64,000 nt of DNA, taken from positions 100,147 to 164,146 of IMG/VR virus record IMGVR_UViG_3300042870_001427; one strand, 5' to 3'. This document shows, one piece after another, positions 19,459-29,196 of this stretch. Position 1 is the stretch's first letter. Each line of letters begins with the position of its first letter. The translations under genes were made by a program, and so were the position numbers. The notes under the pieces are model-generated. The model ran no database searches. It was not told the DNA's origin and saw nothing but the letters and a program-made list of their open reading frames with translations. The stretch comes from a virus. Taxonomy: Duplodnaviria > Heunggongvirae > Uroviricota > Caudoviricetes.

Positions 19459-21579
19459 ATGCCATTTCAAGTAAGTCCAGGCGTAAATGTTTCTGAAATT
19501 GACCTGACTACTGTTGTCCCTGCCGTTTCTACAACCGAAGGCGCTATCGCCGGGTTGTTTAGATGGGGACCAGTAAACAAGCGTATTCTGATTGATTCAG
19601 AAGCCGCTTTAGCAGCTCGTTTTGGTAAACCTACCAATCACAACGCCGAAACATTTTTCACCGCCGCCAACTTCCTATCTTACGGTAATAAGCTGTATGT
19701 AGTTCGTACTGCAAATACTACTGATGCTGCAGGTACTACTGGTGTTTTATCAGCCTTTGCAAACGTTGGTTCAGTATCTTCCAACACCAAGATGATTGTT
19801 GCAAGTGACGATCTAATCGATAGTGCTACTGTTACTACCAATTTTGCTGATGAAACCAATGCTCGCTGGACAGCAAGATACCCTGGTGCATTAGGTAACT
19901 CATTAAAGATCTCTGTTTGCGATACTTCTGCAGCATACTTCTCTAATACATCCATCACCGGTGGAAATGCAAACCTTTCTGCAAACGGTGAGCTGACTTG
20001 TATCGTTGCAACCAACAACACAACAAACGTTGTAGTTAAGATTGCAAACTCAAGTTCAGGTACAGTATCTTCTGATTGCGTTGCACGTGCCAACACCCTC
20101 CTTCAGTTAATCACATCTGGTGACTTAGTTGAAGTTGGTAATAGTACAATTGGAACACAACTTCTAAAAGTTAGTGCTCTATCTTCTGTATCTACCAACA
20201 CCACTCACGCATTCTTTACCATTACTGCTGCCTCTAAGTACACATTAGCTGACTTTGGTAACGTGGCTACAGCTAACGTAAGTTCTGTAGATTCTGGTTA
20301 TCTGAAGCGTTACTGGGAGTATGCAACCAATGTTGATGTTGCACCAGGTACATCTACATACAATGCCAATTTTGGTAACTCATCAGCTGTTGATGAACTA
20401 CACGTTGTTGTAGCCGACAATGATGGTGCAATCACCGGCGTTCCAGGTACTGTGCTTGAAGCATACAAAGGGCTTTCAAGAGCAACCGATGCTAAATCAG
20501 AAGACGGCGCATCAAATTACTACAGAACTGTTATTAACCAGAATTCTAACTACGTATATCACGTTAACGTAAGAACATCTGGTTATGCTAATACAGCCTC
20601 TGCACTTACCTCTTTATCTAACAACCAACCACAGACCCTGAACTTTGATTTCGGTTCTGATGGTGCGGATGAGAGCAACGTAACAATTGGTATTATTCAA
20701 TCCGGTTACGACAATTTTGCATCTGCAGAAGATGTTGATGTTTCTCTTATCCTTCAAGGTAAGGCAAGAGGGGGTACAGCTAATACTCAATTGGCTAACT
20801 ACATCATCTCTAATATCTGCGAGTCAAGAAAAGATTGTGTTGCTTTCGTTTCTCCACAGAAGACCGCCGTTGTTCTTAATGCCGGAAGCACTGAGGTAAA
20901 TGATGTACTTACATTCCGAAATGCATTGACCTCTACTTCATACGCCGTTCTTGATTCTGGTTACAAGTATCAATACGACAAATACAATGACGTATATCGC
21001 TACATTCCTCTAAACGGGGATATGGCCGGTCTATGTGTACGTACCGATGATGCAAGAGATCCATGGTATTCACCAGCTGGGTTTAACCGCGGTATTATCA
21101 AGAACAGCATCCGTCTTGCCTATAACCCAGGTAAAGCCGATCGTGACCAACTGTACAAGAATGGTGTAAATCCTGTTGTTACATTCCCAGGTCAAGGCAC
21201 CCTACTATTTGGTGATAAGACATTGCTTGCCCGTCCAAGTGCATTCGATCGTATTAACGTACGTCGTCTGTTCATCGTTCTAGAAAAAGCAATTGCTACT
21301 GCTGCCAAGTTCGCCATCTTTGAATTCAATGATGAGTTTACTCGCGCCCAGTTCAAGAACTTAGTTGAACCTTTCCTACGTGATGTACAAGGTCGTCGTG
21401 GTATTTACGACTTCAGAGTTGTTTGCGATGAGACAAACAACACCGCTGGTGTCGTAGATAGAAATGAGTTCGTAGGTGATATCTACATTAAGCCAGCCAA
21501 GTCTATTAACTTTATCCAATTGAACTTCGTCGCGGTTAGAACAGGTGTTGAGTTCTCCGAAATCGTTGGACAGTTCTAA
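19459..21579 (+). CDS. gp18: Tail sheath protein gp18-like (706 aa).
   Basis: Size and position between gp17 and gp19 match T4. The conserved C-terminal region RINVRRLFIVLEKAIATAAKFAIFEFNDEFTRAQF is typical of sheath proteins. Confidence 0.8.
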   Translation: MPFQVSPGVNVSEIDLTTVVPAVSTTEGAIAGLFRWGPVNKRILIDSEAALAARFGKPTNHNAETFFTAANFLSYGNKLYVVRTANTTDAAGTTGVLSAFANVGSVSSNTKMIVASDDLIDSATVTTNFADETNARWTARYPGALGNSLKISVCDTSAAYFSNTSITGGNANLSANGELTCIVATNNTTNVVVKIANSSSGTVSSDCVARANTLLQLITSGDLVEVGNSTIGTQLLKVSALSSVSTNTTHAFFTITAASKYTLADFGNVATANVSSVDSGYLKRYWEYATNVDVAPGTSTYNANFGNSSAVDELHVVVADNDGAITGVPGTVLEAYKGLSRATDAKSEDGASNYYRTVINQNSNYVYHVNVRTSGYANTASALTSLSNNQPQTLNFDFGSDGADESNVTIGIIQSGYDNFASAEDVDVSLILQGKARGGTANTQLANYIISNICESRKDCVAFVSPQKTAVVLNAGSTEVNDVLTFRNALTSTSYAVLDSGYKYQYDKYNDVYRYIPLNGDMAGLCVRTDDARDPWYSPAGFNRGIIKNSIRLAYNPGKADRDQLYKNGVNPVVTFPGQGTLLFGDKTLLARPSAFDRINVRRLFIVLEKAIATAAKFAIFEFNDEFTRAQFKNLVEPFLRDVQGRRGIYDFRVVCDETNNTAGVVDRNEFVGDIYIKPAKSINFIQLNFVAVRTGVEFSEIVGQF

Positions 21580-21606
21580 TAAATAACAAGACAAGGAGAA
21601 ACAGAC

Positions 21607-22158
21607 ATGGCATTTAATGTAAATGAGATTAGAAGTCAACTGACCTTGGGAGGGGCTAGAAATAGCCTTTTCCAGGTAGTGATTCAAAATCCAGCCAATG
21701 GTGTTGCAGATATTAAAATACCTTTCATGGTTAAAGCAGCCCAAATTCCTGCCTCTACTTTAGGTCTTATCGAAGTACCATACTTCGGTCGTAAGATCAA
21801 ATTAGCAGGGGACAGAACATTTGGTGACTGGACAGTTACTGTCATTAACGATGAAGACTTTTTAGTTCGCAATGCAATGGAGCAATGGTCCAATTATATC
21901 CAAACGTTCCAGACCAACCTAAGACAATTTGGTTCTGCAAGCCCATCTGCTTATAAAGCACAGGCCCAGGTTACCCAATTCTCAAAGACCGGTGTACCTA
22001 TCAGAACATATACGTTCAACGGTATTTACCCATCTGAAATTGCACCTATTGAACTCGATTGGAACTCAACCGATACCATCGAAGAATTCACTGTGACCTT
22101 CCAATATGATTGGTGGGAAGTAAGTGGCGGTGTGACCGGCAATGCCGGCGGCGCTTAA
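21607..22158 (+). CDS. gp19: Tail tube protein gp19-like.
   Basis: KLAGDRTFGDWTVTVINDED and ELDWNSTDTIEEFTVTFQYDWWE match T4 gp19 (AGDRTFDDWTVTVMNDEA…LDWDSNNEIQTFEVTLALDYWE). Confidence 0.85.
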   Translation: MAFNVNEIRSQLTLGGARNSLFQVVIQNPANGVADIKIPFMVKAAQIPASTLGLIEVPYFGRKIKLAGDRTFGDWTVTVINDEDFLVRNAMEQWSNYIQTFQTNLRQFGSASPSAYKAQAQVTQFSKTGVPIRTYTFNGIYPSEIAPIELDWNSTDTIEEFTVTFQYDWWEVSGGVTGNAGGA

Positions 22159-22165
22159 AGTATGA

Positions 22166-22192
22166 GGCGGTGAACTTTCACCGCCATTTTTA
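22166..22192 (+). terminator. Rho-independent terminator after the tail tube gene.
   Basis: Hairpin GGCGGTGA-actt-TCACCGCC followed by ATTTTTATT. Confidence 0.6.
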
Positions 22193-22205
22193 TTGAGGAT
22201 AAAAG

Positions 22206-23801
22206 ATGGCCTTATTTGGTTTTGAAATACGCCGAAAGCAAGAAATTGCCCAGCAAACAAACCCCAACATCCAAACCTTCGCACCGGAGGCCAAAGATGA
22301 TGGGGCTGTTGTTGTTGCTGCAGGAGGTGCTTACGGTACGTACGTGGATATGGAAGGTTCTGCTAGGACAGAAGCCGATTTAGTTAACAAGTATAGAGAG
22401 ATAGCCCAGCACCCCGAGGTTGATGCTGCTATTGATGATATTGTTAATGAGGCTATTGTGTCGGAGCCTGAAGAGAAGGTAGTTCAAATTAACTTAGATG
22501 ATGTTGAACTATCATCAGGTGTTAAGAAGACTATAACTGCAGAGTTTAATGAAATCTTAGGGATGCTTAAATTTGAGCAACAACCCTACGATCTCTTTAG
22601 ACGTTGGTATGTAGATGGTAGATTGTACTACCATTTAGTAATTGATACTTCTAGACCCAATGAAGGTATTCAAGAGATTAGATATCTTGATCCTCGCAAG
22701 ATTAGAAAAATCAGGGAAATTAAAAAGAAAAAAGACCCTGGTACAAATGCATCGATTACCAAGACCCATTCTGAGTATTACATCTATAATGAAAAAGGTC
22801 TTAACAATACAAAGGCAAGTGCAGCAGCTGCATTTGACTCCCAGTCAACAACTGGGTTAAGAATTGCTAAAGATTCAATTGTCCATGTTACATCAGGTAT
22901 CATGGATGTTAACAGTACTATAGTTCTTTCTTATTTACATAAGGCCATTAAGCCTTTAAATCAATTAAGAACACTTGAAGACGCAACTGTCATCTATAGA
23001 GTTTCTCGTGCCCCAGAAAGAAGAATATTTTACATCGACGTAGGTAATCTTCCTAAGATGAAGGCCGAACAGTATCTGAGTGATATCATGACCAAGTTTA
23101 AAAATAGACTGGTATATGACTCATCAACAGGAGAAATTAGAGACGATAGAAAGTTTATGACCATGCTTGAGGACTTCTGGTTCCCAAGACGCGAAGGTGG
23201 AAGAGGTACAGAAGTCACAACCCTTCCTGCCGGTCAAAACCTTGGTGAGATGTCTGATGTAGAGTACTTTCAGAAGAAACTATACAACTCATTAAACGTA
23301 CCTGTGTCACGTCTTCAATCAGAGGGTAACCCGTTTGACGTAGGTAGATCTACACAGGTGTCTAGGGATGAGGTTAAATTTGCTAAGTTTGTAAATAGAC
23401 TTAGACTTCGTTTCTCCCAGATGTTCTTAAAGTGTCTAGAAAGACAACTAATACTTAAAGGCATTACAACTTCATCTGATTGGGAACAAATCTCCCAGAA
23501 GATCCGTTTTGATTATGCAAAAGATAATTACTTTGCAGAATTGAAGGAGTCAGAAATTCTTACCGGTAGATTGAATACTCTTAACTTAGCCGAGCCTTAT
23601 GCTGGTAAGTACTACTCACATGCCTGGATTCGTAAAAATATCCTTCGTCAAACAGAAGAAGATATTGAAGAAATGGATGAGGATATGGAGGAGGAAAAGG
23701 ATGATGAGAGATATAATCCTCCTATGGACGAACAAGGTAACCCAATGACCGGTGGCCCTGGTATTCCTAATCCTGGACAACCAAGTCCTAACGGACAATA
23801 A
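22206..23801 (+). CDS. gp20: Portal protein gp20-like.
   Basis: LYYHLVIDTS…FWFPRREGGRGTEVTTLPAGQNLGE is the hallmark region of T4 gp20. Size is 531 aa. Confidence 0.85.
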   Translation: MALFGFEIRRKQEIAQQTNPNIQTFAPEAKDDGAVVVAAGGAYGTYVDMEGSARTEADLVNKYREIAQHPEVDAAIDDIVNEAIVSEPEEKVVQINLDDVELSSGVKKTITAEFNEILGMLKFEQQPYDLFRRWYVDGRLYYHLVIDTSRPNEGIQEIRYLDPRKIRKIREIKKKKDPGTNASITKTHSEYYIYNEKGLNNTKASAAAAFDSQSTTGLRIAKDSIVHVTSGIMDVNSTIVLSYLHKAIKPLNQLRTLEDATVIYRVSRAPERRIFYIDVGNLPKMKAEQYLSDIMTKFKNRLVYDSSTGEIRDDRKFMTMLEDFWFPRREGGRGTEVTTLPAGQNLGEMSDVEYFQKKLYNSLNVPVSRLQSEGNPFDVGRSTQVSRDEVKFAKFVNRLRLRFSQMFLKCLERQLILKGITTSSDWEQISQKIRFDYAKDNYFAELKESEILTGRLNTLNLAEPYAGKYYSHAWIRKNILRQTEEDIEEMDEDMEEEKDDERYNPPMDEQGNPMTGGPGIPNPGQPSPNGQ

Positions 23802-23821
23802 ATAGAGAATGGAGAATAATT

Positions 23822-24052
23822 ATGTCTGAATATACAGTAGCCGATATGATTGGCAGCGTGCTTGAAAAACAACCAGATCAATTTAAATCAACCTTTAACG
23901 ACTTAATGGTTGATAAGATTACAGCGGCATTAGAGATTAAAAAGCAGGAAGTAGCAAAGGGATACTTTGATACTACTGAAGAAGAATCTGAAACAAATTT
24001 AGAAACAGAAACCGAGGAACAAGATGGCCAAGACTCTGAAACAGATGCTTGA
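23822..24052 (+). CDS. gp67: Prohead core protein gp67-like (76 aa, acidic C-terminal tail).
   Basis: Small protein with an EEESETNLETETEEQDGQDSETDA tail, immediately after the portal gene as in T4. Confidence 0.5.
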   Translation: MSEYTVADMIGSVLEKQPDQFKSTFNDLMVDKITAALEIKKQEVAKGYFDTTEEESETNLETETEEQDGQDSETDA

Positions 24053-25085
24053 AGTTTACAAGCCTAAAGCAGCTGACGAACAAAAGTTCGCCGATAAACA
24101 CATTGTTGCCAAACACAGTGATCCTAATGGCAACGGAGATGATGTGTTCCAAGGCACTAATGTGAAAAAGATCGACCGTAAAAAAGAACGTCACGGGTAT
24201 GATGCCGGAGATGACGAAAAGGTTTACGAAGCAAAAATGGATGATGCCGGCAAATATATTAAAGGCTTTGAAAAGTCAGATGCACCCCAGTTCCAAGGCA
24301 AGTCAAAAGAAAAGCGCCGTGTTATGGCAATCGCCGCCTTCCTTAATAACAAAAAAGGTATGAAGGAAGAAGTAGTGGTAGAGGAAGAAGGTAGTATTCC
24401 TAAGACACCTCGTGAAAAAGAACTAGCTGCAAAGCATGGCAATAAAAATCGTATTACCCACGGTGATGTACTTAAGGCACGTGGTGTTAGTATGAAAAAA
24501 GAAGAAACAGTTGGTGAAAGCATGCTAAACCAATTAAGAGATCGTGGTAATGTTGCTACAGGTAAAAAACAACAAGACCGTAAGAATTTTGATACAAATA
24601 CTGGCGCCTCATTAAAACCTAATAGCACAATTAGTGGTATTAGAGCTAAGATGCAAAATAAAGTCCAAGAAGAAAAAGAGCACCTAGAAGAAGGTGATGT
24701 AGCCCATGCCCAGTTCCAGCATTATCACAATGAGACAGCTAAACTGGTAAAAAACATTCATGGTGCTTTAGGCAAACACTTCGATGCTGTAACAGACAAA
24801 AAGAATTACATGAACGGGCAAGCCCATTGGGGTCATGTTGGTACAATTAAAGACATTCACCGCAGTTTACAAGACATTCATGATAGAGTTTTAGAGCAAG
24901 GTGAATATGCCAAGCCAGCAAAAGTCATGAAAGAAGAAGCAGAAATGGATTCTGAAGTTGACGTTACATTGTTAAATCTATACGTTAACTTAGATGAAGA
25001 CAATCGTGCATCTATGATGAAAATGTTAGACGAAGGTAGAAAAGAGGAGCTCCTTGAGTTTGCATCTACCTTAGGAGATGAATAA
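24024..25085 (+). CDS. Lys/Glu/His-rich hypothetical protein in the prohead-core position; candidate internal or core protein.
   Basis: 353 aa of low complexity, located between gp67 and gp21. Its start overlaps the gp67 C-terminus in a different frame. Confidence 0.4.
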   Translation: MAKTLKQMLEVYKPKAADEQKFADKHIVAKHSDPNGNGDDVFQGTNVKKIDRKKERHGYDAGDDEKVYEAKMDDAGKYIKGFEKSDAPQFQGKSKEKRRVMAIAAFLNNKKGMKEEVVVEEEGSIPKTPREKELAAKHGNKNRITHGDVLKARGVSMKKEETVGESMLNQLRDRGNVATGKKQQDRKNFDTNTGASLKPNSTISGIRAKMQNKVQEEKEHLEEGDVAHAQFQHYHNETAKLVKNIHGALGKHFDAVTDKKNYMNGQAHWGHVGTIKDIHRSLQDIHDRVLEQGEYAKPAKVMKEEAEMDSEVDVTLLNLYVNLDEDNRASMMKMLDEGRKEELLEFASTLGDE

Positions 25086-25462
25086 TGGCTACGTATAATA
25101 TTGTTACTAATAAAATAGGAACAAGAGCCGTTCTGAGAATTAACGGCAATACAAACATCTCTGTAAATGCTCTTTCAATAGGGGCAGGAGAGAATGTTAG
25201 AGCAGCCACCCTTACCTCTATCTTCTACACCAGTAACGGTACTGTAGCAGATGCATATTATCGTGCAAACACAGCAAACGTTGAAAATTGTATTGTAAGA
25301 TTGCTTCCAAACGATCATGCATACCTTGACTTTGCCGGTGTAGGAATGTCCCCAGACTTCGATAACAGAACAGCTAACATTGTGTTTGTAGTAAATGGCG
25401 CAAATAATGCAACCATTATAGCTGAATTTCATAAAATCTCTAGCGCTAATACGGATTACTAA
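25085..25462 (+). CDS. Hypothetical protein (125 aa), head-module position.
   Basis: Translationally coupled through ATGAATAATGG at the 25082 junction. Confidence 0.4.
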   Translation: MATYNIVTNKIGTRAVLRINGNTNISVNALSIGAGENVRAATLTSIFYTSNGTVADAYYRANTANVENCIVRLLPNDHAYLDFAGVGMSPDFDNRTANIVFVVNGANNATIIAEFHKISSANTDY

Positions 25463-25463
25463 A

Positions 25464-26114
25464 ATGAAATTAATGGCCGAGTTAGTTGAAGATGTAAAGT
25501 ACCTGGTCGAAGACAAGGGTAATGGTAAGAAGAATTACTTCATTGAAGGCATCTTCTTACAAGGTGATATTGAAAATAGAAACAAGAGAATGTATCGTAC
25601 AGAGACTCTTAATAAAGAGGTCGAAAGATACAACAAAGAGTACGTTAAGGAAAATAGAGCGTTTGGTGAGTTAGGCCATCCATCAGGTCCTACCCTAAAC
25701 CTTGAACGTGTCTCCCATATGATCAAGTCTTTAGAAAAAGACGGCGCCAACTTTGTTGGTAAGGCTAAGATCATGGATACACCTTACGGAAATATTGTTA
25801 AGAATTTAATGGATGAAGGTGCCAAATTAGGCGTTTCATCTCGCGGCATGGGTTCCCTTCAAATGAATAAAGAAGGTGTAATGGAAGTACAAGATGACTT
25901 CTTCCTTGCAACTGCCGCTGACATTGTAGCTGATCCTTCAGCCCCAGATGCCTTTGTAAGAGGTATTATGGAGGGGGTAGAGTGGATCTGGGATTCAGGT
26001 GTATTAAAAGCTCAAAAGCTAGATGAAATCAAAAAAGAAATCACCAATACCCCTTCCCGTCGTCTTGATGAAGCTAAGATGAATGCATTTAAGAAATTCT
26101 TAAACTCATTGTAA
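25464..26114 (+). CDS. gp21: Prohead core protease gp21-like.
   Basis: Size (216 aa, T4 gp21 is 212 aa) and position directly upstream of the scaffold and MCP genes. The assignment rests on position and size only. Confidence 0.5.
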   Translation: MKLMAELVEDVKYLVEDKGNGKKNYFIEGIFLQGDIENRNKRMYRTETLNKEVERYNKEYVKENRAFGELGHPSGPTLNLERVSHMIKSLEKDGANFVGKAKIMDTPYGNIVKNLMDEGAKLGVSSRGMGSLQMNKEGVMEVQDDFFLATAADIVADPSAPDAFVRGIMEGVEWIWDSGVLKAQKLDEIKKEITNTPSRRLDEAKMNAFKKFLNSL

Positions 26115-26122
26115 TATAAATA
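26115..26122 (+). promoter_or_regulatory. Late promoter box TATAAATA upstream of the scaffold gene.
   Basis: An exact TATAAATA lies about 29 nt upstream of ATG 26151. Confidence 0.45.
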
Positions 26123-26150
26123 AAATTACATTCCTAATAGGAGAAATTTA

Positions 26151-27116
26151 ATGGACCAAAAAAAGAAGACTGATCTACAAGAAAAAGCTTCTGACCCTGT
26201 AGGTGGAGGTGAAACTGGAGTTTCCAAATCAGCCGAGCCAACAGGTGTAAGATCTAAAGCACCTGGTAATTCAAAAGACCAAGGTGACAAGGCATCAGGC
26301 AAGCTTGCTGGTGAGCAGATGGATACTGATTCAGAAAACAATACCAAGGCTACTGGTGATACTTCAGCTAAAAACAAAGCATCTGTCTCTATGAAAGAAG
26401 ACATGGCTGTTATGTTTGATGGTGAAGAATTATCAGAAGAATTCAAAGAGAAAGCAACCACCTTCTTCGAAGCTGCCGTTCACGCACGCCTACAAGAAGA
26501 AGTTACTCGTATTGAAGAAGAATATAGCACCAAACTAGAAGAACAAGTTACAGAGATTGCTGAAGAGCTTTCAACCAAACTTAACGACTACATGGATTAT
26601 GTTGTTCAAGAGTGGATGACAGAGAATGAAGTAGCTATTACCTCATCACTTCGTTCAGACATTACCGAAGAATTCATTGAAGGTCTGAAGAAACTATGTG
26701 AAGATCACTACATTGATCTACCAGAAGACAAGGTAGACGTGGTAGAAGAGTTATCAGCACAAGTAGAAGAACTGACCGCTAAGTTAAACGGTTCTATTGA
26801 AGAACAAATCGAACTTAAAAAACAAATTGATGAACAGACCAAGCAACTAGTATTTGCTGAAGTCTCTGAAGGTCTAGCTGACACCCAAGCCGATAAGTTC
26901 AAAACCTTAGCCGAAGGTGTTGAGTACTCTGATGCTGACTCATACAAACACAAACTAGAGATCGTTAAGGAAAGCTATTTTACCGGTAAAAAGCCTGCCC
27001 AGTTGATCGTAGAGAGTGAGATTGATAGCGCAGAACCTGGCGAAGCTCCAGCACCTGTCGTTGCTCCTTCCGTTGCTAATTACGTAAGAGCAATTTCTCG
27101 CACAGTCAAGAAATAA
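26151..27116 (+). CDS. gp22: Prohead scaffold protein gp22-like (acidic, coiled-coil).
   Basis: Highly acidic, E/K-rich and heptad-like (EEVTRIEEEYSTKLEEQVTEIAEEL…), lying directly upstream of the MCP gene as in T4. Confidence 0.55.
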   Translation: MDQKKKTDLQEKASDPVGGGETGVSKSAEPTGVRSKAPGNSKDQGDKASGKLAGEQMDTDSENNTKATGDTSAKNKASVSMKEDMAVMFDGEELSEEFKEKATTFFEAAVHARLQEEVTRIEEEYSTKLEEQVTEIAEELSTKLNDYMDYVVQEWMTENEVAITSSLRSDITEEFIEGLKKLCEDHYIDLPEDKVDVVEELSAQVEELTAKLNGSIEEQIELKKQIDEQTKQLVFAEVSEGLADTQADKFKTLAEGVEYSDADSYKHKLEIVKESYFTGKKPAQLIVESEIDSAEPGEAPAPVVAPSVANYVRAISRTVKK

Positions 27117-27124
27117 GTATTATA

Positions 27125-27132
27125 AATAAACT
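27125..27132 (+). promoter_or_regulatory. Late promoter box TATAAATA upstream of the major capsid gene.
   Basis: An exact TATAAATA lies about 37 nt upstream of ATG 27169. Confidence 0.5.
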
Positions 27133-27168
27133 TAACCCGATAATTTTTAAACGGAAGGAAAAAACTCT

Positions 27169-28533
27169 ATGTTAACTGAAGAAATTCAAAGAAAATGGGC
27201 TCCAGTATTAGAGCACGAAGATCTTGTAGCAATTAAAGATCCTCACAAGCGTGCTGTTACTGCTCAAATCTTAGAGAATACCGAAAGAGCTCTTCGCGAA
27301 AGCGGCGGCTACGGCGGTCAGTCTCTATTAGAAGCCAATCAGCCTGCTAACGCTATTCAAGCCCAAGGCGGTTCAAGCAATATCGATACATTCGATCCTG
27401 TTTTAATCAGCTTGGTTCGTCGTGCAATGCCTAACCTAATGGCCTATGATGTTTGCGGTGTACAGCCAATGACAGGTCCTACAGGTTTGATCTTTGCAAT
27501 GCGTGCACGTTACAGCAACAACTCTGGAACCGAAACATTCTACGGTGAAGTCAACACTGCATTCTCCTCAGTCCTATCTGGTGCTAACACCTTTGGTCTG
27601 AAGAACGCAGGAAACATTCCAGGTAACACCTCTGTTACTCTTGGTGCTGACATGGTCTCCAACGGCCTGTACAACACCGGTACTGGTATGTCTACAGCTT
27701 CTGCTGAGAACCTTGGTTCTAACGCATCTCTGGTATTCCCAGAAATGGCCTTCTCTATCGAGAAAGTAACTGTTACTGCTAAGTCACGTGCTCTGAAAGC
27801 TGAATACTCAATGGAACTAGCGCAAGACTTGCGTGCTGTTCACGGTCTGGATGCTGAGACAGAATTGTCAAATATTCTTTCTTCTGAAATCCTAGCCGAA
27901 ATCAATCGTGAAGTTATCCGTACAATCAATATCACCTCTACCCGCGGTGCTACTGAGAACGTAACAACTTCTGGTGTTTTCGATCTTGACACCGACTCTA
28001 ACGGTCGTTGGTCAGTTGAGAAGTTCAAAGGCCTGATGTTCCAAGTCGAGCGTGAAGCAAATCAAATTGCTAAAGCAACTCGTCGTGGTAAAGGTAACAT
28101 CATCATCTGTTCATCTGACGTAGCTTCTGCTCTTCAAATGGCTGGTGTTCTTGATTACGCTCCAGCCCTGAACAGCAACAACCTGAACGTTGATGACACA
28201 GGTAACACTTTCGCTGGTGTTCTAAACGGTCGTATTCGTGTTTACATCGATCCATATGCTGGTGGTCAAAACAGTGCCTCTGGTCAATATCTGACCGTAG
28301 GTTACAAAGGCTCTAGCGCATTCGATGCTGGTCTATTCTATTGCCCATATGTTCCTCTACAAATGGTTCGTGCAGTTGATCAAGACACATTCCAACCAAA
28401 GATTGGCTTCAAGACCCGTTACGGAATGGTTGCAAACCCATTCAGTGATGGTGCTACAGCAGCCGGTACTGGTGCATTGACCGCTGACTCCAACGTGTAC
28501 TACAGACGTGTTATCGTTGCTAACTTAATGTAA
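27169..28533 (+). CDS. gp23: Major capsid protein gp23-like.
   Basis: VCGVQPMTGPTGLIFAMRA, SRALKAEYSMELAQDLRAVHGLDAETELSNILSSEILAEINREV, FAGVLNGRIRVYIDPYA, TVGYKGSSAFDAGLFYCPYVPL and GFKTRYG correspond to blocks of T4 gp23. Confidence 0.92.
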   Translation: MLTEEIQRKWAPVLEHEDLVAIKDPHKRAVTAQILENTERALRESGGYGGQSLLEANQPANAIQAQGGSSNIDTFDPVLISLVRRAMPNLMAYDVCGVQPMTGPTGLIFAMRARYSNNSGTETFYGEVNTAFSSVLSGANTFGLKNAGNIPGNTSVTLGADMVSNGLYNTGTGMSTASAENLGSNASLVFPEMAFSIEKVTVTAKSRALKAEYSMELAQDLRAVHGLDAETELSNILSSEILAEINREVIRTINITSTRGATENVTTSGVFDLDTDSNGRWSVEKFKGLMFQVEREANQIAKATRRGKGNIIICSSDVASALQMAGVLDYAPALNSNNLNVDDTGNTFAGVLNGRIRVYIDPYAGGQNSASGQYLTVGYKGSSAFDAGLFYCPYVPLQMVRAVDQDTFQPKIGFKTRYGMVANPFSDGATAAGTGALTADSNVYYRRVIVANLM

Positions 28534-28574
28534 TCAAAATAAAAATAATAATAGATTGCATTTTGTAGACTTAA

Positions 28575-28599
28575 AAGGGCTCTTCGGAGCCCTTTTTTT
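28575..28599 (+). terminator. Rho-independent terminator after the MCP gene.
   Basis: Hairpin AAGGGCTC-ttcg-GAGCCCTT followed by TTTTTTT. Confidence 0.75.
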
Positions 28600-28629
28600 A
28601 TTGCCGATAAATACTCATAAGGAGATATT

Positions 28630-29148
28630 ATGGCTGCTATAGATAGATTACCTACGAATAAGAACTTCCTATCACCACTTGGGTTCAATTTCTCAATTTA
28701 CAAGACACCTGGCGTTAATTTCTTTGTACAGAGTGCAAGTATTCCTTCCTTAAATATTGGAAGGGCAGAAGTTAACACCCCATTCAACACATTGAAGTAT
28801 CCTGGTGATAAGATTGACTACGGTGATATGAACATTACATTTCGTGTTGATGAAGAACTTCGTAATTACTACGAACTGTATACCTGGCTAACTAAGATTA
28901 CTCGTAATGAAGGCTTTACTGGTTATAATTCGTTAGTAAACGCCAATCCAGGAGAAGGGGTGTTCTCCGATGCCACCCTTACCATTCTCTCCAGTTCTAA
29001 GAAGCCTATCGCACTGTGCAAGTTCAAGAACCTATATCCATCAGCCTTATCTGAACTAGTGTTTGACACCCGTATGACAGACATAGATTACATTGATGCT
29101 GTCGCCACCTTTACCTATCAATCTTTCGATCTGGAATACTTGATTTAA
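28630..29148 (+). CDS. Tail-tube-fold paralogue (gp19-like family, 172 aa).
   Basis: PGDKIDYGDMNITFRVDEELRNYYELYTWL resembles the gp19 block AGDRTFxDWTVTVxNDE. It has a good ribosome-binding site (AAGGAGA). Confidence 0.4.
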   Translation: MAAIDRLPTNKNFLSPLGFNFSIYKTPGVNFFVQSASIPSLNIGRAEVNTPFNTLKYPGDKIDYGDMNITFRVDEELRNYYELYTWLTKITRNEGFTGYNSLVNANPGEGVFSDATLTILSSSKKPIALCKFKNLYPSALSELVFDTRMTDIDYIDAVATFTYQSFDLEYLI

Positions 29149-29196
29149 GAATACGATTACATTATAATACATTTGTTGTGCATACAGTGAGGTGAT

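Noticed and set aside
25175-25774. Minus-strand ORFs (113 and 79 aa) in the prohead region.
   Set aside because: They are antisense to the gp21-region genes within a uniformly + strand late operon.
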